DNA of 64,000 bases from Chitinophaga niabensis (lineage in GTDB: Bacteria > Bacteroidota > Bacteroidia > Chitinophagales > Chitinophagaceae), in NCBI GenBank assembly GCA_017849435.1, contig JAFIGY010000020.1, positions 119,425 through 183,424 on the forward strand, read 5' to 3'. Below are positions 62,080-64,000 of the stretch, piece by piece (the first letter of the stretch is position 1; every line of letters starts with the position of its first letter). Position numbers and translations under genes: made by a program. The notes under the pieces are model-generated. The model was given only the letters and a program-made list of their open reading frames with translations, searched no databases and was not told the DNA's origin.

Positions 62080-62574
62080 ATGAATACAGTAATATTACTT
62101 ATAGGTGGCAATATTGGTGACCGCCCTAAATACCTGCAGCAGGCCGTTACGCTGATAGCGGCCAGAACAGGGCGCGTTACCCGCGAATCGGCATTATATG
62201 AAACCGCTCCCTGGGGAGAGGTACAGCAACCGGATTACCTCAATCAGGCTCTGATACTGGAAACGGAAATGGATGCCCCCGCCCTGCTGGAAGAACTGCT
62301 GCTTATTGAACGAACGATCGGCCGGATCCGCCGCCGGAAATGGGATTCCCGGGTGATCGACATCGATATAATCTTCTTTAACCAGGAAGTGATCACGCTT
62401 CCGCAACTGAAAGTGCCGCATCCGCGCATGCAGCTCCGCCGCTTTGTGCTGGCGCCCTTGCAGGAGATCATCCCGGACTGGGCACACCCTATCCTGCAAC
62501 TTACAGTGAACCAGTTGCTGGAAGCCTGTCCTGACCCCTTACCCGTTCATAAATTCGTTGCCGCCGCCCACTGA
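62080..62574 (+). CDS. folK: 2-amino-4-hydroxy-6-hydroxymethyldihydropteridine diphosphokinase
   Basis: 164 aa with the HPPK pattern: IGGNIGDR, YETAPWG, WDSRVIDIDIIF and VPHPRM. Confidence 0.9.
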   Translation: MNTVILLIGGNIGDRPKYLQQAVTLIAARTGRVTRESALYETAPWGEVQQPDYLNQALILETEMDAPALLEELLLIERTIGRIRRRKWDSRVIDIDIIFFNQEVITLPQLKVPHPRMQLRRFVLAPLQEIIPDWAHPILQLTVNQLLEACPDPLPVHKFVAAAH

Positions 62575-62576
62575 AG

Positions 62577-63200
62577 ATGCAATACCGCTTTATTACCATA
62601 GAAGGCAATATCGGCGCGGGCAAAACCACGCTCGCCGCCAGGCTCGCAGAACATCTGCAGGCAAAGCTCATCCTCGAAGGCTTTGCGGATAATCCCTTTC
62701 TTCCCAAGTTCTACGCGCAGCCGGATCAGTATGCCTTTCCGCTGGAATTGTTCTTCATGGCCGAACGCTACAAGCAGTTAAAAGAAATGCTCACTACGCG
62801 CGACCTTTTTACGCAGTACACCGTCAGCGATTATCTCTTCATCAAAAGCCTGCTCTTCGCCAAAATGAACCTGCAGGAAGATGAATTTTCCCTCTACCAG
62901 AAACTCTTCGATATCATCAATCCCCAACTTCCGCAACCGGACCTGCTGATCTTCCTCAACGCGCCCGTGAACCGTTTGCAGCAGAACATCCGGAAGCGCA
63001 ACCGCTCCTATGAGCAACAAATACCCGACGCTTATCTCAGCCGGGTGCACGATATGTATATGCAGTTCCTCCGCCAGCATGCCGTACGCACGCTCATGAT
63101 CGATACCACCAAAATGGATTTCCTGCATAGCTCCGAAGATTTTCAGGCATTGCTCACCGCGCTGGAAAACGATTATCCGGCCGGTATTCATTATTTGTAA
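62577..63200 (+). CDS. Deoxynucleoside kinase
   Basis: 207 aa with the P-loop IEGNIGAGKTTLA. The dNK-family pattern includes the ERY and RxRxxE (IRKRNRSYEQ) segments. Confidence 0.85.
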   Translation: MQYRFITIEGNIGAGKTTLAARLAEHLQAKLILEGFADNPFLPKFYAQPDQYAFPLELFFMAERYKQLKEMLTTRDLFTQYTVSDYLFIKSLLFAKMNLQEDEFSLYQKLFDIINPQLPQPDLLIFLNAPVNRLQQNIRKRNRSYEQQIPDAYLSRVHDMYMQFLRQHAVRTLMIDTTKMDFLHSSEDFQALLTALENDYPAGIHYL

Positions 63201-63270
63201 GTCAGCTTTTCAACATAATTCATCCGCCGTTGCGTCGCACACTGCATCGGCAGGGCATATATCTTCTATC

Positions 63271-63282
63271 TATATCGATATA
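63271..63282. promoter_or_regulatory. 12-bp perfect palindrome upstream of the catalase promoter
   Basis: TATATCGATATA is its own reverse complement. It lies just upstream of a TTG (63291) and a TACATTTG box (63318). Confidence 0.3.
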
Positions 63283-63317
63283 AATATTTATTGTTTCTGT
63301 CTATAATCACAACCGGC

Positions 63318-63325
63318 TACATTTG
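63318..63325 (+). promoter_or_regulatory. Bacteroidota -7 promoter box for catalase
   Basis: Exact TACATTTG, 60 nt upstream of the ATG at 63386. Confidence 0.45.
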
Positions 63326-63385
63326 TCAGTGTAATATATGTACGCACTGAAACCCGATCCGATCACTTTAAAATGTTAATGGTTT

Positions 63386-64000
63386 ATGTCTGAAAAGAAA
63401 AAACTGACAACCGCTTCCGGCATCCCCTACGTGGAGCACGAGAACTCCATGACCGCCGGCCCCCGCGGCCCTATTTTGCTGCAGGATTTCATATTGCATG
63501 AAAAAATGGCTCATTTCAACCGGGAAAGGATCCCGGAGCGCGTGGTACACGCCAAAGGAACAGGCGCTTACGGTACTTTCAGGGTTACGAAGGATCTCTC
63601 ACAATATACTAAGGCAAAGCTTTTCAATAAGGTGGGCAAAGAAACCCGCGTGTTCGTACGCTTTTCCACCGTGGGCGGAGAAAAAGGTTCGGCTGATTCC
63701 GAGCGCGATCCCCGCGGCTTTGCCGTGAAGTTCTATACGGAAGAAGGGAACTGGGACCTGGTAGGGAACAACACACCGGTGTTCTTTATCAAAGACCCGA
63801 AAAAATTCAGCGATTTCATTCACACGCAGAAACGTGATCCGCGCACGAATACCAAAAGTCCTACCATGATGTGGGATTTCTGGAGCCTCAACCCGGAAAG
63901 TCTTCACCAGGTAATGACCCTGATGAGCGACCGTGGCACGCCTTTCAGCTACCGCCATATGCACGGCTTCGGTAGTCATACCTTCTCCTTCCTTAACAGC
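63386..64000 (+). CDS. Catalase (monofunctional haem catalase), 5' part, partial at window edge
   Basis: My own translation from the ATG at 63386 is open to the window end (205 codons). It reads [65 protein letters not shown]...[45 protein letters not shown]. It is missing from the ORF track because it has no stop codon in the window. Confidence 0.93.
   Translation, partial: MSEKKKLTTASGIPYVEHENSMTAGPRGPILLQDFILHEKMAHFNRERIPERVVHAKGTGAYGTFRVTKDLSQYTKAKLFNKVGKETRVFVRFSTVGGEKGSADSERDPRGFAVKFYTEEGNWDLVGNNTPVFFIKDPKKFSDFIHTQKRDPRTNTKSPTMMWDFWSLNPESLHQVMTLMSDRGTPFSYRHMHGFGSHTFSFLNS

Noticed and set aside
63498-63979. ORF-track entries 63498-63728 (+) and 63599-63979 (-)
   Set aside because: Both overlap the unambiguous catalase reading frame (63386 onward), which the track omits only because it has no stop codon in the window.
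1-64000. CRISPR arrays, tRNA/rRNA genes, transposases, integrases, prophage or recognisable defence-system genes
   Set aside because: I scanned the intergenic regions (all under about 260 nt) and all long ORFs. No spaced direct repeats, cloverleaf-like sequences or mobile-element or defence protein motifs were seen. The HicB gene alone is not evidence of a genomic island.

Overview
Chromosomal segment of a Bacteroidota genome. The evidence is a SusC/SusD pair under ECF-sigma/FecR control, many lipoprotein signal peptides and exact TAnnTTTG -7 promoter boxes. Gene content is reminiscent of Chitinophagaceae/Sphingobacteriia, but I cannot verify the taxon. I can support about 57 protein-coding genes, with one partial gene at each window edge. 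One glycosidase gene is split by an in-frame TGA, and there is one probable toxin-gene remnant. There are also nine hairpin terminators and a set of promoter- or operator-like motifs. I saw no rRNA, tRNA, CRISPR array, transposase, integrase or phage genes. The main theme runs from about 6.9 to 32.3 kb. It contains an ECF/anti-sigma-controlled SusCD locus fused to a GH127 beta-L-arabinofuranosidase and an M61 peptidase, plus a divergent amino-acid permease and a lipoprotein mutarotase. A second GH127/146-like gene with a Nudix-type regulator follows. Next comes a complete epimerase-route 4-hydroxyproline catabolic operon carrying a secreted DUF885 protein, with a divergent AraC regulator. My lead hypothesis is that this is a utilisation system for hydroxyproline-rich glycoproteins (Hyp-arabinosides); that is inference from co-localisation only. 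The rest of the window holds housekeeping and stress genes: DEAD-box helicase, map, bioA, folK, deoxynucleoside kinase, sppA, catalase, endonuclease III-like and pirin. It also holds three sensor kinases with two response regulators and several uncharacterised secreted or lipoprotein genes. All functional calls rest on motifs I could read in the supplied translations; no database search was run.
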